Source: Mobula hypostoma
Taxonomy: Eukaryota
Assembly (NCBI RefSeq): GCF_963921235.1
Contig: NC_086118.1
Location: 26,662,001 to 26,726,000 of the forward strand
Direction of reading: 5' to 3'
Length of the DNA: 64,000 bases
A program made the translations under genes and the position numbers. Below are positions 11,651 through 23,931 of this stretch, piece after piece. The notes below the pieces were generated by a model. That model was not told the origin of the DNA. It worked only from the letters and a program-made list of their open reading frames with translations, and made no database searches. Numbering within the stretch: position 1 is the stretch's first letter; the number at the start of each line of letters is the position of its first letter.

Positions 11651-12762
11651 GAGGCAGAATCACTCTGCTATGTTTCCTTATTTGTTTTCCTGAGCAAGAT
11701 AGACTCTACCGTGGGTACTTCACGCTCATGCATTTGGTATAATGACGTGGTGTGTGTGCGCGCACATGTGAAGTAACTATTTCAGCTAATTCCACGATAT
11801 ATTCTTCTGGGTGAGACTGGGATTTTCAAAGTGTTCGTTCCCACTTGTTGATATGAAGGCTGTTGGCGCTCTCTCGGAGATGTCAGCAACTCAAATCCAT
11901 CTTTTCCGCACAAGATCCAGAAATCCACCTTTGGAATGAGACTCTTCAAAGTTAATGCAACCTAACGGTAGGAGTCGCACTGGCGCCTTTTCGAAAGTAT
12001 GGAGTTGCATGCGGTAGTTTTATACAACTCATGCCATCGAAGGGCACCCCGTTGCCTTTTAAGGGCTCTCCGTATCGCAGTATCCTAGGGGCTACGCGCC
12101 CCTTTCTCGGTACTTGCACTGACACGATCACTGGGACTGTCTGACGTGCCCACGAGATTGTATCTGTGTCCAAGCGGGGGTGCAGACAAAATTTCTATCA
12201 CAGAGACATCCGCCAGGAATATTAATAAATTTGTTCGCCGGGGTCTAGCTGCTTACATTAAGCTGAGCAACTGTCATTGTGGCAAAATGCACAGTACATA
12301 GGAAAGGGAAAACATTATGTTCTCCTACAAAGGTTCACAACACTATGTACATTTAAAATCATTTTTCACTTATGTTCAACGGGGTCAACAAACATGAACC
12401 ATCGTTCGTGGTCAACGTCTCGTGAAACTGAGTCGGATGTTTATCGTTGTTGCACAGGGCAAGAGGCAAGAGACGGTCGACAACGGGGCACGTGACCAGG
12501 TACATGGATGGACTTACGGCAGTCTGAGGAATTTTCCACAAATCCTTCCTTCAACCAAGCCTGCCATACCTGATCTGACGATGAAGCAATGCTTCAAATT
12601 CAACAGAAAATATTCGTTAAAACATAGGAAAAGCAGGACAGGCAGAAAGAGATTGCTAAAAACAAAAGAATGTTTTCCATTTTATTGATAAAAGGTGAAA
12701 ATATAATTTAATTTATTTTCGAGAAATAGGAATGGTTATTTTCTGTCACAATATCAGCACAT

Positions 12763-14060
12763 CAGTGTTCCCCAACCTTTTTTTCAGCTCAACGCCCCCC
12801 AAAACACCTTCATACTTGCCAACGCGCCCCAAAGCACCTTCATACTTGCCAACGCGCCCCGAAGCACCTTCATACTTGCCAACACCCCCATAAAGCACCT
12901 TCATACTTGCCAACACCCCCAAAAAGCACCTTCAAACTTGCCAACATGTCTTCCATCAAGTTGTGACAGTAAAAGCCTTAAGTCCCCACATGTAAAAATG
13001 TCCAAGCGGTTTCTGTTTTTCATGAATATGTGGTCCACTTCACTGAAGCCTCTTTCAACAAGGTAGGAGGATGGAAATCCAATGAAGAGCAGTTTTGGCT
13101 CTTCTCCAAAGACCAGGAAACTTCATTTGACAGTGTAACCACATACCACAAAAGCCAACATTTTTGAAAAGCATTTTTGCTTCTTCATCATTCTGAATTC
13201 CGATCATTTTTTCTTGCAAGCTCTCCTTGTTCCTCCACTTTGCAAAAAAATGAGTTAATTACCCAGTCCAGAATTTCCAGATCATTCAAATCCTTGAATC
13301 GGTTCTGAAAATTCTTCTTCAGTGACTACAGGTGTAAGCAGTACTCTTGCAAATCACCATTTGTGAAAGAGAGTGCTATACTTTCCACGCAGGGAAACTG
13401 TGAGAACATTCTACTCCCAAATGTTTTGCTTATATATTTCCAATTTCCCGATAAAAGTTGACCCTGCACTTTTTGCTTGGATTAAATTGAAATTCTCACC
13501 CTGTAGTTTCATGTGTAGAATGTTCATTTTGTCATTCAGATCTGCTAGTCATGCCACATCTCCATGTAGAAGTTCAATCTTGTTTTTGAAGCTCTTGTCA
13601 ACTTTGAGCAAAAATTCAACCAGTGTCAAAAAGATCAAAGACACCTTTTAAGCAGCAGCCTTTTGACAGCCAATGCACTACAGTGTAAAGAAGCAAGCGT
13701 TCAAACTCTTCATCGTTACCTTGGCATAACTGGCAAGATATTCTACTATTTAATGGATGAGCTTTCATTTTGTTGATAGCAGATATTACTAGAGTCATGC
13801 TTGAAAAAAGTTACTGACTGAAGTTTTTGGCTGCAAGATATTGATGATGAATTACACAATGCATTGCAAACAGACTTTGAATTTCTTTTTTCATAAATGC
13901 CATTAAACCAGCATGGTGACCTGTCATATATGGTGCTCCATCTGCTTTTCTTGGCAAATGACTCGAGTGTGCAACACTTTTCAAATGTTTCTTTCATCTT
14001 CTGAAACTGAGTAATACCATAAGTAGCCTTTTTCAAGGTGTCTTTTATAGATGTGTTCCT
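12763..14060 (-). mobile_element. hAT (Charlie/Buster-type) transposon remnant with degenerate transposase
   Basis: TIR cagtgttccccaaccttttt at 12763. Minus-strand fragments LLLYTVVHWLSKGCCL (RWLS motif) and FPSSYLVERGFS (dimerisation domain). Many stops; second TIR not found. Confidence 0.8.
12791..12945. repeat. Subterminal minisatellite, five 30-31-bp units
   Basis: aac(g/a)c(g/c)cccc..aagcaccttcatacttgcc repeated head-to-tail five times just inside the hAT TIR. Confidence 0.95.
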
Positions 14061-16819
14061 GCAGTCTTGATAGTTTCATAGCATCATTAGACAGTACAGT
14101 ATTACAAGGTTGTGGTAGCAGTACACATGTTGAAGACTAGAACAGGAGAATCCAAGCCTTACAAAATAGGGCACAAGTGTAGCCAAAATGGAAGTAGTAG
14201 AGGAAACAACAATCTAAAAGTTAGAGTACTATTGTATACATGAGTGCTCAGGATTGATGGGATTACATGTAATTTGTTTAAAATGATTAAACATTATGGT
14301 ATGTCAATTTGTATTTCCGTCAACAATGTTTCACTGTTACCAATCAGTGCTACCTCTAATGCTTGGATCATATGGAATCTAATGTGCAAATTTCCTCAAT
14401 ATGACTGAATAGGGAGCAATGGGCACAGATATGAGATGTAGATGTGAGGCTTGTAGCAACATAAGCTGAAGTGAAACACATGAAACTTGGGGATAAGCTT
14501 TCGCAGCTAGGGATCATTGAGAAGTGGATGGCAGGAGCATGCTACAAAGTCCAAAGTCCGAGGGTACAGGTGAAGCTGGAAGGAAGTGGGTTTCACTAAT
14601 CTTGACAACATGTCTCATGAGGTCATTGTTCTTTTTATAACACTAATCTGTAAGCCACCAAACACCTTTGTCCACTGGTCTGAGGGCCTCCTAATATTCT
14701 GTGGATGTAAAATATCTCTTTGCCTTTCCATATGCTCCACTAATACCTCCAATACAAAGGGCGATAATCAAAGAGTGCACTCCCTCCCATGTTTCCCATA
14801 ATCTAGTTTGTAAATCCGAATCACAAACAACAACCACTGAGGCTACAATGCTCTGCTCCTTTAAGTGATGCTATTGATGATATTTGTTTCCCTAGCTTCT
14901 CAACAGCTGGCATAGTGTCACACTGCAACTATACATATTGGCAGGCATCACAAACTTCTGCCTGCTGGGTCGTTTGCAATCGATGGGCAATGGGTTAATT
15001 GTTCATATGGATCCCTGCATCTGTTTTCAAGTGCTATCCAATTTATTCCATGTTATATCAAAATACAGTCTCAAACATGAGAAGAAAAATGTTTTCTTTG
15101 ACTAGAGAGCTATTGCTTTAAATCGAAGATTGGGAGATTTAACTGAACATGGCTCAGAAATGGTATCCAGTGATTTAATGCAAGAGCAGGTAAAATGGGC
15201 AAGCTTTAGAAGAAAGAAATCACACCTTCTTTGGTTAAAAATCAAGAGTCTATTTCTTTGTCAGATGCCAGGAATTTATAAAAAAAAAATTAATGTGGGT
15301 AGAGAAGTTAGCTACTTCTCTTCAACCATTCCATTCTTGAAACAACTTGTACAGACATAATCCCTACCTCAGTGTAGCAACTTTCTGACCACTTTGTACT
15401 ACAATTAATTTTTGTTCTAATTGTGTTCTTTCTTGTATATCTTTAAACATTTATATTTACTTTATGAGTTTCCTGTGAATATTGTACATCTGATGCACTG
15501 TACCTGTAATGCTACTGTTGATTTCAGGTTCTTAGACTTTCTCCAAATTTCAAAGAAAAATATGATTTAAAAGCAGCCATATTTACAAATTTAAAGTAAT
15601 TAATATGGAATTAATTTCTTCATCCCTGTGTCCACATGCATGTTTACATTAGCTGTTGCTCAGAAGCCATGCTCTTTAATCTTATTTCCCTCTCCCTTCT
15701 CTCCCTCTTCCTTCTGGCTCCTTCACTCTTTCTTACATCCATCCATGTCTCCAACTTGGATTATCCCACAGCTTTCCTCCAAGCTTCCTGACTTTTTCCA
15801 AAAGTATCTGGTGACCTGTGAGCAAACACCACCCCTATGTGCCTTGACTTATTGTTTCCCACCCTGTGAATGTGCCCTAATCTAAATTAGTCAGCCTTCA
15901 CATTTCAAAAACCTACCCCCCTTCTGAGACTTGCAAGCTCCACAAATTGGCTAGCATCCCATCCCTCCGTTTGTCTCTATGTCGTGCATGGTGGGCAAGA
16001 GACTTGTCAACCACAAGCATTGGTGGATTGGTGGTTAATATCTTGGTCTCAATAGAGACAGGCTTAGAAAAGCTAATATCATTCCATCGAATTAAGTTTC
16101 CCCACCTGACTAAATACCTATTACATTGTTATACACAGCATTTATCTCTAAGTTATTCCTTGTTTTCACTTCCTTCAGTCCTTTCAGCCTGCTCATCTCT
16201 TGAGGATAACCCAATTTCATTCATCACACCTCTCATTTAAAATGCTTTTTCTCATTCACCAGACAACTTGGCAAGTTTCCTAATGAATGGTTTTCTGCAT
16301 TTTCATTGACCAACCTCTCAAGGATTTTTATTTGCTTCTGTTTCTCTTTTTTTTCACTAACCTTTCTTGATTAAATCTCTCCCCATACATCTACTGTCCT
16401 ACCCAAAATCACAGCCAACCCTTCCTCTTGCTATTTTATATGGCTTTTCTAATCCATTTGTAATCAACACAGATACAAGAAAACAGATTCAGATATCTGG
16501 GGGCCCTGAGCAGGCAGTAAATCAGAGGTCCATCAATTCCACCAACTCCATTCAAATATGAGGTTTCAAAAAGTATTAATGCTTAAAGGCATTAAATATT
16601 TTAAATTGTGCATTATTACATAAAGCTGAATACATCATCTTGAAATTAATTATTCAATTTTGTCACACAGAACTACGAAAACAGCTGCCTTGAGAAAATT
16701 GCAGAAATGCATAGCATTCTAATACACATTTTACATTAAATATAACCATAATAAAGTGCAACAGGAAAAATATAAGGCATTCCAATGAACTCAAGCATAA
16801 CTCTAAGAGTACTAAATCA

Positions 16820-17330
16820 TGAACACAAGAAAGTCTGCAGATACTGGAAATCCAAAGCAACACACACTAAATGCTGGAGGCACTCAGCAGGTCAGTCAGC
16901 ATCTATAGAAATGAATAACCAGTCAACGTTTTGGGCCGAGACCCTTCTTCAGGACTGAGAAGGAAGGGGGGAGACACCAGAATAAAAAGGTGTGAGGAGG
17001 GGAAGGAGGCTATCTGGAAGGTGATTGGTGAAGCCAGGTGGGTGGGAAAGATAAAGGGCTGGAGAATAAGCCATCTGATATAAGAGGGGAATGGACACTA
17101 GGAGAAAGGGAGGGAGAGTTATAGGCAGGTGAGAAGAAGTAAAAGGCCAGAGTAGGGAATAGAAGAAGATGTGAGAAAGAGGCTACCCAGACAGAATATA
17201 AGATGTTCCTCCTCCACCCTAAGGGACCGACATCTCAGAATGGGAATGGGAATTGGAATTAAAATGTTTGGTCACCAAGAAGGGATGGGGTGAGGTGCTC
17301 AACAAAGTTATCCCCAATTTATGACAGGTA
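16820..17330 (-). mobile_element. Penelope-like element 3' fragment
   Basis: Same 3' terminal block as other PLE copies; hammerhead-like cagtcCTGAAGAagggtctcggcccAAAACGTTgactg at 16920-16957 (minus). Confidence 0.8.
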
Positions 17331-17379
17331 GTACTGTTGGAATATAGCGGTAGACTCTCACAAAACACACAAATATACA

Positions 17380-18180
17380 CAGAAAAATCTGAAGTAGAAG
17401 CAGGAATCGGTCAATCAGCCTTCAAGTCTGATCCTTAAGATCAAAGGTGATCTGTTTGTAACATCTCTGTAGCCACAATAACCTTTCATGTCTTTCCTCG
17501 AAAATCTCAAAGGCTCAGCTACCAAAATCCTTCCAGCGAATTCCAAAGATTCACAATATCCTAAGAGAAAAAAATATATACTTGAAAGTGTGGACTTTAT
17601 TTTTAAGCATTTATCACTAGTTTGATTCTTCTGCATAAGGAAACATCCTTTCCACATCCACCCTGTCAAGGTACCTTGGGATTTTTTTTGTGTGCCAAAC
17701 AATTCCTCTTTCATCCTTTCAAACTTTAATGGATGAATGTCTGGCCTATCCAATCTTACCTCATTAGGCAATGTGCCCTTTCTATGTATTAGTTGTGTAA
17801 GCCTTCCAATGCATTAACATTCTTTCTCAAATGACACCAATACAGTACATTATTGCTCCAGATGTGGCCACAATGACATTCTACCTATCTGAAACACAAT
17901 CTCCTCATTTCTCTGTTTAATTTCCTAAGCAATAAACAATATCATTACTGTACCAGCATATTAACCTTCTGTGAATAATGCAGTTGGACACCCAGATCCC
18001 TTTACATCTCAGAGCTCTGCAATCGCCATTATTTATATCATATGATTCTGTTTTTATTTTTCTTGCCAAAATATATAATTTCGCATCTTCACACATTGTC
18101 TCCACTTGCCAGATCGTTGCTCATTCACTTAGCCTAATGATTCCCTTCATCTCAATGCCTCTTTTTAAATAATATCTAAA
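17380..18180 (-). mobile_element. Old CR1 LINE fragment
   Basis: Degenerate CR1 ORF2 C-terminal region and 3' UTR on the minus strand. Confidence 0.6.
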
Positions 18181-19015
18181 ACACCAAACAAGAACTAAAC
18201 TTCATATACTAAATCACTCTCTTATAATGTTGTAACTGAAATGTGAAAGAAAACAAATATAAATCTCATTCAACTATCTTTTGTGCCAGCAGAATGATCA
18301 GAGCCATGAGAGAAAAACAGTCTCGTATAATGGCATTAAAATCAATGTTATGTACCAATTCTTATCCGACCATCTTCAGAAAAAAAGAACTTAAGTCTCA
18401 GATTCATTTTTATCCCTGCCCTCATCAATAAGGTATGTTCTTCACAGTTGGCGACTGGCAGGGTCAGGAAAAGTCTAACAACAATATGGTGTGTTAGAGA
18501 ATGCTGGCTGAAAGCCATTTTGTGCTAAAACATGCAGTAATTTTGCAATAGATTTATCTGACTTCTGCACAAAGGAATTGAATTGTAAGTGGTTGTCAGG
18601 AAAATTCAATTCCAACTCAAGGGGGTAAACCACAACAAGTTCAGCGAGTTTGCTGATGAAACAAAGCCATGAGAAGACGTAGAATTTTTCATAAGGACTG
18701 GGGTGGGTTAAGTGGATGGACAATAACATGGTTAATCGAGTAGATGCGAAGTCATCCATTTTCATGGAAAAAGTAAAAACACAGAGTATTTTCTAAAAGG
18801 TATTGATTTTCAGAGGGGCCGAGGTGTCCTTGCAGATAAATCACTGAACATTAACATGCAACGGCAGCAGACAATTATGAAGGCAATTTGTATGCTCGTC
18901 TTTATTGTAAATGCATTAGTTCAAGAGTCATGAGTACAGGTCACATTTCCCTAACTAAGGAAGGATATATTTGCAATAGAAAGCGTGTAACAAAGATTTG
19001 CTAGGTTGAATGTTA

Positions 19016-20080
19016 GGATTAGATTAGATTAGATTCAACTTTATTGTCATTGTGCCGAGTACAGATATAAAACCAATGAAATGCAGTTAGCATCTGACCA
19101 GAAATGTTATTTACAAAATAACTGCGAATAAAAGAAGTGCTACAGCACACAAATATAAAAGTACTGAGACAGTACAATACGGATGCAATACTGCTTAGCG
19201 CTGTGATGAGAGGTTCAGCAGCGTCACAGCCTCAGGGAAGAAGCTCTTCCTGTGCCTGCTGGTGCCGGAGTGGAGGCTCCTGTAGCGCCTACCGGATGGG
19301 AGGAGAGTAAAAAGTCTATGGTTAGGGTGAGATGCATCCCTGATAATGCTTTTCGCCCTGCCCAGGCAGCGTTTATGGTAGGTGTTCTCAATAGTGGGCA
19401 ATTGGGTGCCGATAATCCACTGGGCAATCTTCACCACACGCTGGAGTGCTTTGCGGTCTGATACGGGACAATTGCCATACCACACTGAGATGCAGTTGGT
19501 GAGTATGCTCTCAATGGTACAGTGGTAAAAGTCTGTCAGTATCCTGGGACAGAGGTGAGCTTTCTTCATGCTCCGCAGGAAGTAAAGGCGCTGTTGCGTC
19601 TTTTTGATCAGGATGGAGGAGTTCAGGGACCAGGTGAGATCCTCGGAAATGTGGACACCGAGGAATTTAAAGCTTGATACACGCTCCACTACAGTTCTGT
19701 TGATGTAGATGGGGACGTAAGTTGACTCCTGGCATGCCTGAAGTCCACAATGATCTCCTTGGTCTTCTGGGTGTTAAGGGCCAGATTGTTGTCAGCACAC
19801 CACGCCGTCAGGTGCTGGACCTCGTCCCTGTAGGCCGTCTTGTCATCCCCTCTGATCAGACCAACCACCGTGGTGTCGTTTGCGAACTTGAGTACGTTAG
19901 AACCATGTACAGGAACGCAGTCATAGGTGAAAAGCGAGTACAGAAGAGGGCTCAGCACACAGCCTTGAGGCACGCTGGTGTTCAGGGTGAGAGTGGAGGA
20001 GGAGAGGTTGTCTAACTTAACTGATTGGGGTCTGTTAGTCAGAAAGTCCAAGGTCCAATTGCAGAGTGATATGCTGCAAT
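19016..20080 (-). mobile_element. Rex1/Babar LINE, 5'-truncated RT fragment
   Basis: [57 protein letters not shown]; (aatct)n tail at 19016-19035. Confidence 0.9.
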
Positions 20081-20789
20081 TTGGTTGGCTCAACGTATTA
20101 GAAGAGATTAAGCAGTGTGAGCCCGGGCTTTCACAAATTTGGGTGAATGAGAAGTAACCACTGCATTCCGGATGATCCATAGCAAGTCCATACGCAGCTC
20201 CACGTCCACCAGGAGCTGCAGCTGGGCACACTTCCTGGTGTCCCCAGTTACCTACATCCTGTCCTGGCCTCTATAACTTTATAATTCTCAACTGAGAGAA
20301 TGTTGTTTGTCTATTTATTTAGAAATACTGCACAGATCAGGCCCTTCCAGCCCAATGAGCCTTGCCGCCTAGCAGCCCTCCTATTGAACCCTGGCCTATC
20401 ACCGCACAATTTACAAATACCGATGTAACCTCCTGACCGGTAGGTTTTTGAACTGTGGGAGGAAACTGAAACATCCTGAGGAAACCCATGTGGTCACAAG
20501 GGTTTCAATGCAAGCATTTAGTTTTCTCTCAGATCTCTTATGTTCAACTACAAACTTTCTAATTTTGCATATGAATTAGATCATTATGGGATGGATAGAC
20601 AGAGAGATAGATCATTTTGATACTTTTGTGAAACAGCCTTGAATATGCTCTTAGACCCACTTTTAAAATGCTGAAATTGATCTCAAAGGGAAGCCTTAAA
20701 TGATTGAGACAGGTGCAGTAATCGAATTGAGGCTCACTGTCACTTTGCTCCCACTAATTGCTGGTCCTCCAAAACCACTGGTGAATGTA

Positions 20790-21890
20790 AACTAAAAACA
20801 GAAAATGTTGGAAATATTCAGCCGTTCAGGCCACATCTATTGGAAGAGAAATCAAGTTAACATAGCAGATCGAAGACTCTTTGTTAAAACAGAGAAGGAT
20901 GGAAAAGGAAGCTCATTAAACTGCAGGTGAGGAGAGACATATTCTCCACTTCCAAAGAAAGAAGAGAGAGAGAGGGATTAAGCAGTGTCAATAATCACAG
21001 ATTGTTGGTGGATACAAACTGCGGTTGCAGAATTCAAAATTGAGTCCAGAAGGATGCAACAGTAAACTTCACTTCAATTTTGACATGCCCAGTTGGAAGA
21101 TAAAGCTCTTTTCATCAAGCTTGCATTGGGCCTCAGTGTTACTCGGGGGAGGCCTCAGACTGATAGGTCAAGGAGTGGGATGGGGAGTTGTCATGGCAGC
21201 CAGCAGGATTATTGCTCTGAGTTGAGTATAGCCGCTCCGCAAAATGTTCACCAAATCAGTGTCTGATTTCTGCAACATCGAGGAGAACACATTGTGAGTG
21301 CAGTACACTAGATTGGAAGATGTGCAAGGAAATTTGGATCTTTGGATAGTGGGAATGGAAGAGTTGAAAGGACAAACGCTACATAGCCTGCTATGCCTGG
21401 CAAAGCACCATTGGTAGAGGGTGATTGGTGAGAACATAGGACTGGACAAGGGATTCATGGAACAGTCTTTGAATTACTAAGAGGGAAGGAGAGGAAGGTG
21501 AGGCTTGTGGTGGAATCTCTTCGAAAATCCAGGAAATCGCAGAGTTGAATGTGGATGCTGGTGGGGTGGAAGGTGAGGGCTAGGGTACCTCTATCCTTGT
21601 GCTGTCCGAGAGTAGAGAGGCGAGAGCAGAGGCACAGGAACTGCATAAAATGCAGTCAAGGGCTTTGTTAACAATGGTAAGAGAGGAAACTATAATTCAG
21701 GAAGAAGGGAGGCATTTCAGACACACTTGTATCAAAAGTCTTATCATCAGAGTAAATGTAACCAACATTCATTTGTGGCAGATGTTAGTATTTTCTGTTC
21801 CGAAGGAGGCAGCCTAACCTGTTGAGTTTTTTCTCGCAGTTTCCAATTATATTTTAGATCTCCAGCATCTGCAGGTTTTCTTGATTTTTA
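20790..21890 (-). mobile_element. Old Penelope-like element with a short inverted 3' copy
   Basis: Minus-strand FPCTSSNLVYC and LALTFHPTSIHIQ remnants; plus-strand inverted terminal block at ~21790-21890. Confidence 0.6.
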
Positions 21891-22051
21891 CTGAAATCTG
21901 CAATCCATTACTGATGCCAGAGGGGGTTTTTCAATAGTTTCATCTTGCTCAGCTTCCAATTGGGTGTCAAGTGTCTTCTTTGTCCATTTTGATAGATCCT
22001 CTGCAATTTGTTGATTTGTAGTTTGGACACGCTCTTGGAATTTGCTCAACC

Positions 22052-22068
22052 GCGCCCTCTTGTGGCCA
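22052..22068 (-). promoter_or_regulatory. Candidate CTCF binding site
   Basis: Minus strand TGGCCACAAGAGGGCGC is close to the CTCF core consensus TGGCCACCAGGGGGCGC; lies in apparently unique DNA with retained CpGs. Confidence 0.5.
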
Positions 22069-22250
22069 ACTGACATGAGTGCTAGGAGCCATTGGCCTCA
22101 GACTTCAGTGAACATGTTTCTGTGAAATGTGAATTTTGAACAGAAAGCATACAAGCTAGATAGGGACATGGCATTCAAAGAGTTATTGTTAAAACTGTTA
22201 AAATTCACTAAATTTAGAGAATGGGCAATACAAGGACTGTGTCGCATTAT

Positions 22251-23530
22251 AAACACAAAAGAGATTCGGCAGCTGCTGGAAATCCAGGGCAACACACACA
22301 AAATGTTGGAGGAACTCAGTCGGTCTGGCAGCATCTATGGAAATGAATAAACAGCCAACATTTTGGCCTGAGACCCTTCATCAGGACTGGAAGGGTGTGG
22401 AGAAGATGCCAGAGTAAGATGGTATGGGGAGAGAATGGTGCTAGGTGAAGCCCAGAAGGTGGTGGTGGAATGAAGCAAGTAACGGTGGCAGGTGGAAAAG
22501 GCAAAAGGCTGGAGAAGAAGAAAATCTGATAGGAGAGTTGAGTGAAACATGGGAGTTAAGGAAGGAGGAGGGGCATTAGGTGGAGGTGATAGGCAGGTGA
22601 GAAGAAGAGGTAAGCGGCCAGAGTGAGGAATAGAAGAAGAGTGAAAGGTAAGGGGAATAAAAATACCAGAAGGAGAAATCAATGTTCGTGCCATCTACCG
22701 AGAAAGAATATGAGGTGTAGTTCCTCCATACGGAGTGGTCTCATCATGACAGAAGAGGAGGCCTTGGGCAGACATGCTGGAACGGGAATGGGGATGGGAA
22801 TTTAAATGGTTGGTCACTGGGAAATTTGGCTTTTTGCAGATGGAGCGGAGTTCCGCCAGTTTACATCAGGTCTGGCTAACGTAGAGGAGGCCACATTGGG
22901 AGTGCCGGATACAGTCAATGACTCTGATGGATTTGCAGGTGAAGTGTTGCCTCACCTGGCAGGATTATTTGGGGTCCTGAAATAAGGTGAATGGGCAAGT
23001 GTAGCGTTTCTGTCACTTGCAGGAAAATGTGCCATGACCAAGATTATTGGGGAAGGACGAATGGACAAGGGAATCATGAAGGTAGCAATCCCTGTGGAAA
23101 GTGGAGATTTGCAGGGGAGGGGGTGGTGAAGATGTGTTTGGTGGTAGGTTCTCCTTGAAGATGGCAGAAGTTGTAGAGAAAGATGCTGTGGATGCGGAGG
23201 CTCATGAGGTGGTAGGTGAGGACAAGAGGATCCCTATCTGTGTTAAGATGGCAGGAGGATGGGGTGAATGCAGATGTGCAGGAAATGGAGAATGCAGGTG
23301 AGGGCTTACCTCCAGCACCTTTGCCTTTTCCACCTTTCACAGCTTCTTACTTCATTCCCAACCCCCCACCTGGCTTCACCTATCACCTTCTAGCTTGTAC
23401 TTTTCCCTCTTCCCCCCCACTTTCTTATTCTGGCATCTTCCTCCTTCCTTTCCAGCACTGATGAAGAGTCTTGGCCTGAAACATTACTTATTTCCACAGA
23501 TGTTACCTGACCTGTTGAGTTTCTGTAGCA
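22251..23530 (-). mobile_element. Penelope-like element with an inverted pseudo-LTR
   Basis: Minus-strand NTDRDPLVLTYH..SLRI and GIY-YIG remnants over 22251-23305; 23306-23530 is a plus-strand copy of the 3' block at ~22310-22515. Confidence 0.8.
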
Positions 23531-23896
23531 TATTAATAAACGTAATTACTTTAGGTAAACCTGTAAACTGTTCCCTTGACATACCACTAGCATCATTATA
23601 TGCCCATGGCAAGTGGGAATTTCCAAAATTGTTCACCATTGCAAGCACACAACCAGCAAGAATTGCATCTGCAATCATTAATTCTTAATCATGCCACAGA
23701 TTCCTCCTTTGAATTAACAATTCTGACTGCAAAAGTAACCTGATCGACATATAATAAATCTGCTGATAAATTCATGATCAATAAAACGTATTTGACTTGT
23801 TACAGTTCTGCTACATACGTGATTTTAATTTTCCACCTCATCAAATTAATGAATTCTTCACAAGTACTAGATGACAGATAGGAATGCTTAGCTTTG

Positions 23897-23931
23897 CCTT
23901 TGGGTCTAATCTTAGCCAATAATTATCCAAA
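23897..23931. repeat. Target-site duplication, left copy (right copy at 27674-27709)
   Basis: cctttgggtctaatcttagccaa-taattatccaaa versus cctttggatctaatcttagccaaataatcatccaaa (two substitutions, one indel). Confidence 0.9.

Noticed and set aside
10516..11742. Many overlapping ORFs on both strands around exon 1
   Set aside because: Expected in GC-rich DNA; none has a recognisable domain.
11952..12173. 73-aa minus ORF considered as a last exon of a neighbouring gene (CFAP52 lies next to USP43 in human, as I recall)
   Set aside because: Only chance short matches (IVSV, ILR); no WD40 pattern or convincing splice sites.
12791..12945. Regular ~30-bp repeats resembling a CRISPR array
   Set aside because: Units are head-to-tail with no unique spacers, there are no cas genes, and they sit inside a eukaryotic hAT end.
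21888..22076. 62-aa helical-looking minus ORF
   Set aside because: No recognisable homology or splice context.
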